DNA of 64,000 nt from positions 137,261 to 201,260 of the IMG/VR virus record IMGVR_UViG_3300044645_002359; one strand, given 5' to 3'. Of this stretch, positions 10,519 through 18,961 are shown in pieces; position 1 is the first letter of the stretch; each line of letters starts with the position of its first letter. Below the pieces are notes generated by a model. The model was not told the origin of the DNA. It did no database searches and saw only the letters and a list, made by a program, of their open reading frames with translations. Both the position numbers and the translations under genes were made by a program.

Positions 10519-10928
10519 TGGCAATTCGTCGACCTTCAGTTTATCGTCAGCGAGAATTCGTTTTTCAAGACTTTTTCTTCTTTCAAGACGGGGAGTCTCA
10601 ACTTCGCTATATTCTCGGTAAGTATGACGGGGAGCCTTACGAGGTTGTTCCGCAAACTTTTGACTACCCTACCCCTGAGTTTAAGGGAGGGGATATAGTT
10701 TCCCGTATTGACTACACGATAACGGGTAAGTTAATAACAATAGACAATTGGGAAGTGAATTGGAGGGATGAATGGCCTCTTCGGCTGGCTCTTCAGTTTT
10801 TGCTCAATTGCCTCTATCCTTCAGCTCTAGGGTACTCCGTAAGAGTTCAAAAAGATACCTACCCCTTCTGGGTGTCGGAAACTTTGTTCCCGTTGACGAA
10901 CGACCCTAACGACTACCTCTTGCACTAA
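10518..10928 (+). CDS. hypothetical protein
   Basis: 136 aa, TAATG-coupled in operon. Confidence 0.5.
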   Translation: MAIRRPSVYRQREFVFQDFFFFQDGESQLRYILGKYDGEPYEVVPQTFDYPTPEFKGGDIVSRIDYTITGKLITIDNWEVNWRDEWPLRLALQFLLNCLYPSALGYSVRVQKDTYPFWVSETLFPLTNDPNDYLLH

Positions 10929-10934
10929 TTTTTC

Positions 10935-12014
10935 ATGGCCATCCCTAAGATAAAAGAAGCCATCTTGTCAACGCCGAAGACAGTAGTTCTGTACTTTGAC
11001 AGCCCCATTGACACCCGAATTAGTGTTCCAGTGAACAGTTTCACTGTGAACTATGGTCAGTTCGGGGTTGTAACCATTGTATACTCTTCGGACACGATGG
11101 TTTCTCTAGGGTTGGATAGTAGCCTCTCTCCTTGGGACGAAGTTTTCGTTTCCTATGAACCGCCGTTGGATCTGAACGCCTGTATGAGGGGACCCATACC
11201 TCCTTCCGCTAACGATGTTGTTAAGAAAAGAAACGCCGTTAGAGCTTTTTATCGAGTAGCAGTTAGAAACTCTTTAGCGCCCGACGAGCGAACGGACGGT
11301 TCCCGTGAAGGGTCGAACCTTGGGCAAACAATCGGGGGTTACGGCTTCCCCTATCAGAATCGGTCTGGGGTTCTAACCGAACATAAATCCGACCCACGGA
11401 GTGCCTCTCCGGACGACTTCATAATTGCTTACGGGCTTAAAGAAGCAATTCAGCTCACAAACATAGACGACGCAAGCGCAAACTCGGTGAATGTCGCTAA
11501 AATGAGGATGGCGCTTGAGGATGCAAATTCTCTAATTGACTCATACATCGAGCAATCAGGTAAAGCGGGAAGGGTTCTAATAACAAGCAACCGCCGCCGA
11601 ACTGCTTTAATTATAGCAAGATATTACCTAGACAATGTTCGAAGAAGAGAAGATGTATACAAAGATTATGTAGAATCTCTAAAACAGCTTGACGCTGAAC
11701 GCGAAATGACTGCTATTCGAGCAGGGCATGGAGATTCGGCGATAGACACGAAGAGAGGAATTATGCGTTCCTGGCGCATCCCTCAAAGATATAATGGTGT
11801 GTCCGGTAAAGGTCTCAGCGGTTGGACAACGGATACAGCTGGGGATCAAGCACCAGACTACCGTTTAGGTTACGGTGCGGTAGGGCAAAACAACGATCAA
11901 GAAAATTGGATTTCCGCCCGAAACTACGAAGACTTGGGAGGTACTCCTCAAATCACAGCACCTAGTGATGCGGGTGGTTACTTCATTAACGGCTCCGACC
12001 AAACTTTCCCTTAA
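10935..12014 (+). CDS. head-tail connector (Mu gp36/DUF1320-like) with N-terminal Ig-like domain
   Basis: QLTNIDD...ALEDANSLIDSYI...IARYYLD...YKDYVESLKQL matches DUF1320; N-terminus VVLYFDSPI...SFTV...EVFVSY resembles SwmB-type repeats. Confidence 0.6.
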   Translation: MAIPKIKEAILSTPKTVVLYFDSPIDTRISVPVNSFTVNYGQFGVVTIVYSSDTMVSLGLDSSLSPWDEVFVSYEPPLDLNACMRGPIPPSANDVVKKRNAVRAFYRVAVRNSLAPDERTDGSREGSNLGQTIGGYGFPYQNRSGVLTEHKSDPRSASPDDFIIAYGLKEAIQLTNIDDASANSVNVAKMRMALEDANSLIDSYIEQSGKAGRVLITSNRRRTALIIARYYLDNVRRREDVYKDYVESLKQLDAEREMTAIRAGHGDSAIDTKRGIMRSWRIPQRYNGVSGKGLSGWTTDTAGDQAPDYRLGYGAVGQNNDQENWISARNYEDLGGTPQITAPSDAGGYFINGSDQTFP

Positions 12015-12019
12015 ACTAA

Positions 12020-13243
12020 ATGGAACTAAATTCCTTAACGCGCATCGAGCAATTTCTCTGTGACTCTTTAATAGCTTCTCCTTTAATCCCCCTGGGCGTA
12101 AATGTTTTACGTTTGGCAGACGCAGTTGAAAATGAGGGGGTAGTTACCCAGACAAATAATATTGTTGTTCGCTATGTGAATTCTACGAGCAATGTGAAAA
12201 ATAGAGTACCGTTCATCTATGAGGACTCTCTGAACTTTGAGCTAAACTTTTCGTGCCAGAATTACTTGACAAGTTCCGGTCACGACTTTGCAACTCAACT
12301 TCTCATGGGTGCAAAAATCACTCTGTCTGGGAGTGCACCCTCGGGTGCGTATGTACAAGTCCTGCAACCTTTCAGCTGCTCCTCTTCTCAATTCACCGGA
12401 ATAAGCGAAGAATCCCAGTACACCTACACACAGAACTGGACCGTAACAATTGAGGAAACATTGCCTTACATTGCTCTGGATCCCTGTGTTCAACGAGGTG
12501 ATTGTCGGCAAATATTTCCAAGTCGAAACGTTGCAACAACGCTGCCTTTGGCAGGTGTGCTAGATGAGGCGTCGGGTAGCATATACATTCCGTGGTGGCC
12601 TGGCACGAATGAGCTTGAAGCTGCCTTCACCGAAGCCCTCGGAGTTCGTTGGAGTGAAGAACTTACACAGTCCGGAGATTGGGTTTACGTTTGCGCCCCT
12701 GATGAAGTTTTTATTGAGGACCCTCTTAATCAACCTATCTATTTACTGAGCAATAACAACTATACGGAGGACGGTCGCTTAGTTGTTACAGTTTGGGATG
12801 CTATTACGAAAGAGCCAATTAAAGAAGTCTTTTACGTTGACTCTGGCAAAAAACTTGCTCGTTATGCTGTTGAACTTTGGAGGAACACGGTTCTAGGGTC
12901 TCTTGGAGGTGTAATCGATCCGATGAGTGTGAAGGACGCTTCATGGACTTCGGGTATTACTATTGGAGAATTTGCGGTGGTAAGAGGTGCAAATCAGACA
13001 CTTTTCACAGATCCTCTTGACCCGAACGGAAAAATGCAAACGTTGATGGGAGGAACCTTAATCGGCGTGAAACCCGACACCTTCATTCAAACCCCGAAAG
13101 GCAGATTCTACTTTGTCGGACAGTCTCCACAGGGTAAAGGTTGGTTGATACAAGACTCCTTTGAGCTTGCTTCGATTAATTCCCTTTGGAAACTCGGCTG
13201 CAATCCTTGCGAGGGCGGACCGAATCCCCCTAGCCTTTGTTAA
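12020..13243 (+). CDS. putative tail terminator/head completion protein (Mu gp37-like N-domain) with extension
   Basis: Follows the gp36-like gene as in Mu; LTRIEQFLCDSL...IVVRY...LNFELNF N-domain. Confidence 0.45.
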   Translation: MELNSLTRIEQFLCDSLIASPLIPLGVNVLRLADAVENEGVVTQTNNIVVRYVNSTSNVKNRVPFIYEDSLNFELNFSCQNYLTSSGHDFATQLLMGAKITLSGSAPSGAYVQVLQPFSCSSSQFTGISEESQYTYTQNWTVTIEETLPYIALDPCVQRGDCRQIFPSRNVATTLPLAGVLDEASGSIYIPWWPGTNELEAAFTEALGVRWSEELTQSGDWVYVCAPDEVFIEDPLNQPIYLLSNNNYTEDGRLVVTVWDAITKEPIKEVFYVDSGKKLARYAVELWRNTVLGSLGGVIDPMSVKDASWTSGITIGEFAVVRGANQTLFTDPLDPNGKMQTLMGGTLIGVKPDTFIQTPKGRFYFVGQSPQGKGWLIQDSFELASINSLWKLGCNPCEGGPNPPSLC

Positions 13244-13245
13244 CC

Positions 13246-13398
13246 ATGGCGACTCCAGCACAATTATGGGCCCAGTACGACGTTGCTGTTAAGTCCAATA
13301 ACATGCCTCTAGCACAAGCAATCTTGAAACAATTACAAAACTTTAAGAGCTACCCTGCTGTAAAAACAGGGTGCTCACGATGCAGAAAAACACTATGA
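13246..13398 (+). CDS. small hypothetical protein (50 aa, CxxC), absent from the ORF track
   Basis: MATPAQLWAQYDVAVKSNNMPLAQAILKQLQNFKSYPAVKTGCSRCRKTL*; fills the gap exactly; stop overlaps the next ATG (ATGA at 13395-13398). Confidence 0.6.
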   Translation: MATPAQLWAQYDVAVKSNNMPLAQAILKQLQNFKSYPAVKTGCSRCRKTL

Positions 13399-13667
13399 CA
13401 AGCCCCAACGAAAAAATTCTAAAACAGAAAGAATCACTTGCAGCAGCAGCTTTACAGGTTGCAGAAGATGCTCTTGAACTCCTGCAAGGTCAACTGGAGG
13501 AGTGCAGCACTCGCGACCTTGTTACCGTTTTTAACTCGGCTGTGAAAGCCCACCGCGAAATCGTTTCCGACATTGTAAGTCTAACTGATTCTGAAAGCAA
13601 GCAGGAAAAGGTCTTAGCTAAAGAGTACAATACGACACTAGAAAAGTTATTGAAAAATCTAGAGTGA
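13395..13667 (+). CDS. terS: putative terminase small subunit
   Basis: Helical 90 aa protein immediately upstream of terL; start placed at the coupled ATG 13395. Confidence 0.45.
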   Translation: MTSPNEKILKQKESLAAAALQVAEDALELLQGQLEECSTRDLVTVFNSAVKAHREIVSDIVSLTDSESKQEKVLAKEYNTTLEKLLKNLE

Positions 13668-13687
13668 AACAACGAGTTTTAAATTAA

Positions 13688-15451
13688 ATGACCTTTCAAC
13701 ACCCCTCTATAACACATGCTTCTCAACTTGACGAAAAGTCACGGTGGAGAAAGTATAAAAGAGGGATTCGAGAACTTGAGCTTCTTGAGGCCCCTAAATC
13801 CGTAATTCAAGAATTTAAGTACAAAGCAGCGAGAGATTGTTTCCTAGCCTTCTGCGACATCATGAAAAACGGGGACTTAAAAGTTGCCCCATTTCATGAA
13901 ATCATAGCCAGCGCTTTTGAAGATCTTTTTGAACGAAGGTACAGACGTCTCATTATATCGTGCCCTCCGCGTTCGGGGAAATCTATGCTTTCTACGATGT
14001 TTTTAGCGTGGCTGTTGGGTAAGGACGAAAGGACTCAGCATATCTTGGCTTCTTACGGTGCCACGCTGTCTCAAAAATTCCACAGAGAAGCTGTGGTAAT
14101 GATGAAAACCCCTTCCTATAAAAAGATCTTTCCTGAATTTTCTGGATTCAACCGGGATTCTAAATATGACTTAATAGGAGGTGGCTACATACTTGCGACT
14201 TCTGTGGGGGGTATTCTCACAGGTTTCACTTCTGGGACAATTGATATGGACTCAGTAGGTATTGGAGCGGCTTTGATCGACGATCCACTAAAGTCTTCGG
14301 ATTCGAAAGCAGCCCTAGACAACTTAGAAAGTTGGTGGGCAGAGCAAATGTCTACTAGAAGAACAAACCACTACGCTCAAGTTATCATTGCAACTCGCTT
14401 CCATGAGAAAGACCTTCACGGGGTGTTACTTGATGGGGATGGACTCTATGACCCTGGGGAGAACCCGTTCGGATGGAGATGGATCAACATCGCAGGACTT
14501 TGTGAGGACCCTGAAAACGACCCTCTAGGTAGACAACTTGGAGAGAGCCATTGGCCGGAAAATTCTGCCTTCTCTGTGCCTATGCTTGAGTCCCAGAAAA
14601 AGATCATGGGCAGCTTTAAGTTTGCCGCTCTATACCAAGGAGTCCCTGTAGCTTCCGAAGGGCAGATCGTAAAAAGCAGCTGGGTTGAGATCATTGAAGA
14701 GGAAGAATGCCCCGACCTGGATGTTGTATGGTTCGGAGTTGACTGTGCCTTTTCAGAAAGGGAGATGGCTGACGAAAGTGCGATCTGCGTGGCTGGGATA
14801 AGTACTCGGACACCGGACATTGTTTACATTCGAGACATTGTGAAAGGTAAATGGGGCTTTCCGGACTTAATTGAGTCAGTGAAGCAACAGTACGCCTATT
14901 ACAAAGCGAAAGTTCTTTGCATTGAAAAAGCAGCGTCGGGGCACTCTCTCATTCAAATGCTAAAGAGGGAAGCCAGGATCCCAATCGAAGAAATGCGTCC
15001 CTTAAAGTCGAAAACCACTCGCCTTCAGGCAGTCTGCCCTTTACTTGAGAACAGCCGCGTTAAACTAGTAAGGGGTCTATGGACCGATGCGTTCGTAAAA
15101 GAGTTGACCTCTTTCCCCTACGTAAGGCACGAAGACAGTCTCGACGCGATGGTCTGGGCGCTGACCTACTACTCTCTCAAACTTGATACCATCGACAGAG
15201 GGATTCAAGAGTCAATCGTTCAAAACCGAAAGTGGAGTGGCGATCTTCGCAGAGCCGCTTTTAGTGACGGCGCTTCTTACGGAAACCTGTTTGAGGATAA
15301 GGGCAGTGCCCTTGGCGGGCGTAGAATGCCTGGCGACGGTAGTTTAAACGACCCTGACTTTCAGTCTGCTAACACTCCGGATCAAGGTCTCTTCAGGGGC
15401 GGCAGGAGCAGAAACCTTCGCAGTGGGTCTGGATACAACCTTTGGAATTGA
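13688..15451 (+). CDS. terL: terminase large subunit
   Basis: Walker A CPPRSGKS, Walker B LIDDP, IATRFHEKDL, nuclease FGVDCAF and HEDSLDA. Confidence 0.92.
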   Translation: MTFQHPSITHASQLDEKSRWRKYKRGIRELELLEAPKSVIQEFKYKAARDCFLAFCDIMKNGDLKVAPFHEIIASAFEDLFERRYRRLIISCPPRSGKSMLSTMFLAWLLGKDERTQHILASYGATLSQKFHREAVVMMKTPSYKKIFPEFSGFNRDSKYDLIGGGYILATSVGGILTGFTSGTIDMDSVGIGAALIDDPLKSSDSKAALDNLESWWAEQMSTRRTNHYAQVIIATRFHEKDLHGVLLDGDGLYDPGENPFGWRWINIAGLCEDPENDPLGRQLGESHWPENSAFSVPMLESQKKIMGSFKFAALYQGVPVASEGQIVKSSWVEIIEEEECPDLDVVWFGVDCAFSEREMADESAICVAGISTRTPDIVYIRDIVKGKWGFPDLIESVKQQYAYYKAKVLCIEKAASGHSLIQMLKREARIPIEEMRPLKSKTTRLQAVCPLLENSRVKLVRGLWTDAFVKELTSFPYVRHEDSLDAMVWALTYYSLKLDTIDRGIQESIVQNRKWSGDLRRAAFSDGASYGNLFEDKGSALGGRRMPGDGSLNDPDFQSANTPDQGLFRGGRSRNLRSGSGYNLWN

Positions 15452-15469
15452 CAAATTTACTTTACTAAA

Positions 15470-16867
15470 ATGACACCGAAACATCCAAAAATAACACACG
15501 TTTCCCAGCTATCGGAGCACTCAAGCTGGAGAAAGTACAAGAGAGAACTTCTTGAACTTGAAATGAATGGCGGCCACTGGGCAAAAACGACTGACTTAAC
15601 TAAAGAGTCTGTCAAAAATAGTTTCGCTGCCTATTTATCTCTCTCCACATCCGCACCCCTTCTAAACTGGGAAACTTATGAAGTCTTGGGGTCCGCCTTT
15701 GAAGACATTGCTGAAGGCAGGTACCCAATCCTCTTAGTATCAATGCCCCCCCGCACAGGAAAGTCAACATTGGGCTCTCTCTTTCTGTCATGGCTCCTGG
15801 GTAAAGACCCTGATACTAACCATTTCGTAACTTCTTACAATGAGGGTATCACCGACTTAGCAGTAAGTAGAGTTAAGCAGTTGGTTAGTGCCTTTCCTTT
15901 TGAGGAATTGTTTTCAAAACTTGATTTGCGGGCTGATAGCGTAACATCGGCTAACATCCCCTGGCGTAGGCACGGGTATCGTTCACCTTGGGGTGGACCC
16001 AACGGGGTACCAGGGGTTTGGTTAATCGATGACTATCACAAGTCCTCAAATATAACAGTAAATAAAGACTGGATAGAAGAGGAAATTATGACCCGGCGCC
16101 ACCAAAACAGTGCCATTGTTGTTCTCGGGTCAAGATGGGGTGATGAAGACATTTTTGGCTACTTTTTAGAGAAATTCGGTGTCTTTGACCCCGTATCAAA
16201 CCCGAAAGGAGCCGCCCACATTAATTTGTCAGCAATTATTGAAAGTAAAGAAGAGGCAGAAAATGATATTCTGGGTAGGAATGTAGGGGAAACCCCGAGT
16301 ATAATCAATTCCTTCTGGTCCCCCGAAAATCTGAACCATATTAGAAGGAATATCGGCGATGAAAAGTTCTCCTGGCTCTATAAGGGATGCTCACCGACAC
16401 CAGAAATCCCCCCATTAGATAGAGTTATCATTTCTGTTGATCCTGCTTTCAGTGCCGACAGCATTGATAAAACAGGTATTTGCATCGCAGGGGTTACAAA
16501 GAAAAGGGACTACATGTATGTTCTTGATACTTACGAAGGCAATTGGGACTTGAAAACTGTCGGAGTAATCCTAAGCCTAGCAGTTAAGGCATACGGAGCG
16601 GAAGAAATTGTACTTGAATCCGCCAGGGTAAGTGCAGCTTGGACTGTGTACCTACAGGACTTAGGGTTAAACGTTTGCGTAGGTAGCAAGTTGAAACAAA
16701 CCAAATTAAATGCCTTCACTCAAATGTTAAGCTCAGGGAAAGTAAAATTCTCTAATTCGGATACTCTCAGTGCGTTGGATGCCTGTGATAACTTCCAGAT
16801 TTCATTATCCGACACCATGTATGCAGTCTTAGTTAGCTACAGCCAACTACTGCCTGTCGTTACTTGA
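15470..16867 (+). CDS. terL: diverged terminase large subunit paralogue
   Basis: N-terminus HPKITHVSQLSEHSSWRKYKRE aligns with terL1; MPPRTGKS, LIDDY, ISVDPAF present; C-terminal HxD..DA motif eroded. Confidence 0.8.
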   Translation: MTPKHPKITHVSQLSEHSSWRKYKRELLELEMNGGHWAKTTDLTKESVKNSFAAYLSLSTSAPLLNWETYEVLGSAFEDIAEGRYPILLVSMPPRTGKSTLGSLFLSWLLGKDPDTNHFVTSYNEGITDLAVSRVKQLVSAFPFEELFSKLDLRADSVTSANIPWRRHGYRSPWGGPNGVPGVWLIDDYHKSSNITVNKDWIEEEIMTRRHQNSAIVVLGSRWGDEDIFGYFLEKFGVFDPVSNPKGAAHINLSAIIESKEEAENDILGRNVGETPSIINSFWSPENLNHIRRNIGDEKFSWLYKGCSPTPEIPPLDRVIISVDPAFSADSIDKTGICIAGVTKKRDYMYVLDTYEGNWDLKTVGVILSLAVKAYGAEEIVLESARVSAAWTVYLQDLGLNVCVGSKLKQTKLNAFTQMLSSGKVKFSNSDTLSALDACDNFQISLSDTMYAVLVSYSQLLPVVT

Positions 16868-16925
16868 CGGCAAATTGCGATTCGCAACCGCATAAAAAGT
16901 TGCTGTTGTTACCAACAGTTTCAAA

Positions 16926-17129
16926 ATGGCTATTTCACCAACAGATAAAAACCCTGCTATCATGCAGGAGCTACACGGCACTCGTTGCCTTATCACAGAC
17001 CCTGCCTCAGATAAGTACCTCAGTCAAGCCAAGAAAAGACCCCAATATGTCATTCCCGAAGACTCCTACTCCCGATGGTGTGGAGGAGCTAACGGGTTCG
17101 ACTTGTTTGTCGAAAGGGTTCATGAATGA
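16926..17129 (+). CDS. hypothetical protein (67 aa)
   Basis: AAAATG start; preferred over the overlapping 16864 frame. Confidence 0.5.
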   Translation: MAISPTDKNPAIMQELHGTRCLITDPASDKYLSQAKKRPQYVIPEDSYSRWCGGANGFDLFVERVHE

Positions 17130-17181
17130 GTACATAGAGAGTTTGCTTAACCGTGAGGAGTGGTGGTCTCTTTAGAACCTT

Positions 17182-17204
17182 GACCCTCTAACGAGGGTCT
17201 TTTT
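17182..17204 (+). terminator. rho-independent terminator
   Basis: GACCCTC-taac-GAGGGTC-TTTTT. Confidence 0.85.
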
Positions 17205-17206
17205 GC

Positions 17207-17217
17207 AGGGTAAAATA
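17207..17217 (+). promoter_or_regulatory. putative late promoter box
   Basis: AGGGTAAAATA; GGG 35 nt before phoH ATG. Confidence 0.6.
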
Positions 17218-17242
17218 AGATCGTAGAGTTTCCCTTTCACAA

Positions 17243-18067
17243 ATGACTCTGCCTATTCGTTTCGAAGGGGGTGAGGATCATGTAGTCCTAATTATCAACG
17301 AAGCATACACGTTATCCACTGTTGTCACTAACCCTCTTTATCAAATGTTGAAAAGTAAAGAAAAGCGCAAAACACGCCGCGCTGAATCCGCTCAAATGGT
17401 TGAACGCTCCTACAACCGAGGCATGGATGTTGCCTCTCCGAAATTCCTCACCTGGCGGCAGGAAGAGTTTTGGAATCTACTTAAGAGAAATACCGTTACT
17501 ATTGCCGCAGGTTCGGCCGGAACAGGTAAGACTCTTATTGCTCTGCATTTCGGACTCGTTGGAGTAGCAAACGGGGACTTTGACAAAGTCTACTATGTTC
17601 GCAGCGATGTTGGAGTTGAACTGCAAAGGGGGAGAGGAGCCCTACCGGGCGAGATGTCAGACAAGATTGCCCCACTCGTAGCTCCAATATACGACAACCT
17701 TCCCTGCATCATGCGGTCTCAAGGGGCTGCCGAATACCTGCTATCCAAGAAAATTATTGAGCCGATTCTACTCGAGGACATTCGGGGCCGCTCACTAAAT
17801 AATGCTTTCATCATTGTAGATGAGGCCCAGAACTTCCTATCAGGACACTGCAAAACGGCGCTCTCTCGCGTTGGCAAAGACTCAAAAATTTGCCTCATAG
17901 GAGATACAAAACAAACAGACTTGGAAGCTTTCCGCAGAGACAACGGCTTGCTTGACGCCATTCATAGATTGAAAAATCTTGAGCAGGTTGGAATCGTGCA
18001 GTTTCAGAGAGAGGACATCGTTCGCAACTCTGTAATTGCTCACATTCTAGACAGATACGAGGATTGA
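17243..18067 (+). CDS. phoH: PhoH family ATPase
   Basis: GSAGTGKT Walker A, RG..PG...DK..P, RGRSLNNAFIIVDEAQN, GDTKQTDL, IVRNSVI. Confidence 0.92.
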   Translation: MTLPIRFEGGEDHVVLIINEAYTLSTVVTNPLYQMLKSKEKRKTRRAESAQMVERSYNRGMDVASPKFLTWRQEEFWNLLKRNTVTIAAGSAGTGKTLIALHFGLVGVANGDFDKVYYVRSDVGVELQRGRGALPGEMSDKIAPLVAPIYDNLPCIMRSQGAAEYLLSKKIIEPILLEDIRGRSLNNAFIIVDEAQNFLSGHCKTALSRVGKDSKICLIGDTKQTDLEAFRRDNGLLDAIHRLKNLEQVGIVQFQREDIVRNSVIAHILDRYED

Positions 18068-18084
18068 AATTGTCTAGAGTTTCT

Positions 18085-18107
18085 GAGGGGCTTCGGCCCC
18101 TCTTTTT
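18085..18107 (+). terminator. rho-independent terminator
   Basis: GAGGGGC-TTCG-GCCCCTC-TTTTT. Confidence 0.9.
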
Positions 18108-18109
18108 GA

Positions 18110-18120
18110 AGGGTAAAGTC
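18110..18120 (+). promoter_or_regulatory. putative late promoter box
   Basis: AGGGTAAAGTC; GGG 31 nt before ATG 18142. Confidence 0.6.
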
Positions 18121-18141
18121 TAATACACCTTTTTTTTAAAC

Positions 18142-18778
18142 ATGCAAGGTTCATTCTCTGAAGACTCCCTTAAAGTTTTCAACAAGCTTGCTTCAGCAAC
18201 TCAGGAGTTAAATTACAGCGAATCTGGAACAGATTCGTATGACTTCACCCGTTGTGTAAGGCCGAATGGCACTGCCTATGGTACCAAGGGTAAATGTAGA
18301 AAAGGTTCGGAGGAAGAAAGACAAACTTCAGAACTGCAAAAAAAATTCCCCCGAAGTAGAGGCATTGGCTAAAAAACTCATAAAGTTTCAAAAGAAAGAA
18401 AATTTCTTTAAAAGGCTGCAGGACCTTAGACCCGGTGTTTTGAGTGAACATTTTATGACTGCAAAAAATTTAGATTTAGTAATGTATTTTCTTGAAAAAG
18501 AGAAAGCTGCTCTAGAAGCTGAGAAAACAAGGATAAGGAAAGGCGAGATTGAAACTCCAAAACCAAAAGGTACTAAATCCTCTGAAGCAGAAATTGTAGC
18601 CAAAAAGTTAAATACAAGGTTGAAACGAGAATCTAGTTATACAGATTTCTTAGCAAAAGGCCGTGGATCTCTTGATAAAGAGCACGGTGACGAAGTAGCC
18701 CTATATTGGCTTACGAAGTTTAAGGAGGAAAGAGAAGTCCTGGAAGCCAGGAAAGCAAAATCAGAGGCTGAAAAATAA
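18142..18778 (+). CDS. putative internal head protein split by a +1 frameshift at an A8 run
   Basis: ORFs 18142-18372 and 18266-18778 join at CAAAAAAAAT (A8 at 18338-18345); GSFSEDSL N-terminus and YDFTRCVRPNGTAYGTKGKCRKG module. Confidence 0.55.
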
Positions 18779-18894
18779 GAATACTTACTTGGACTTTACG
18801 CGAGTTTGATGAGAAAATTGGGGTCCAATAACAAAAGACTACTCATAGTAACTTTCTCAGTACTAGGCATTCAGAGCCAATCAGCAAATCACCA

Positions 18895-18919
18895 GGGGCT
18901 TCGGCCCCCCTTTTTTTTT
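18895..18919 (+). terminator. rho-independent terminator
   Basis: GGGGC-TTCG-GCCCC, CC, T9. Confidence 0.85.
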
Positions 18920-18924
18920 CTCTC

Positions 18925-18935
18925 AGGGTAAAATA
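18925..18935 (+). promoter_or_regulatory. putative late promoter box
   Basis: AGGGTAAAATA; GGG 36 nt before GTG 18962. Confidence 0.55.
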
Positions 18936-18961
18936 CTACATAACGTGTCTTATGTTTAAAA

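Noticed and set aside
13688-16867. One terL split by an intein, intron or frameshift
   Set aside because: Each ORF has its own N-terminus, Walker A/B and nuclease start; no intein C...HN ends are present
16864-17175. 103-aa ORF overlapping 16926-17129
   Set aside because: TTG start with no supporting signal; 16926 has the better start context, although a 17-aa peptide from ATG 17122 cannot be excluded
18780-18810. YLDFTRV in the spacer, resembling the YDFTRC module
   Set aside because: Only four matching residues, followed by stops; indistinguishable from chance
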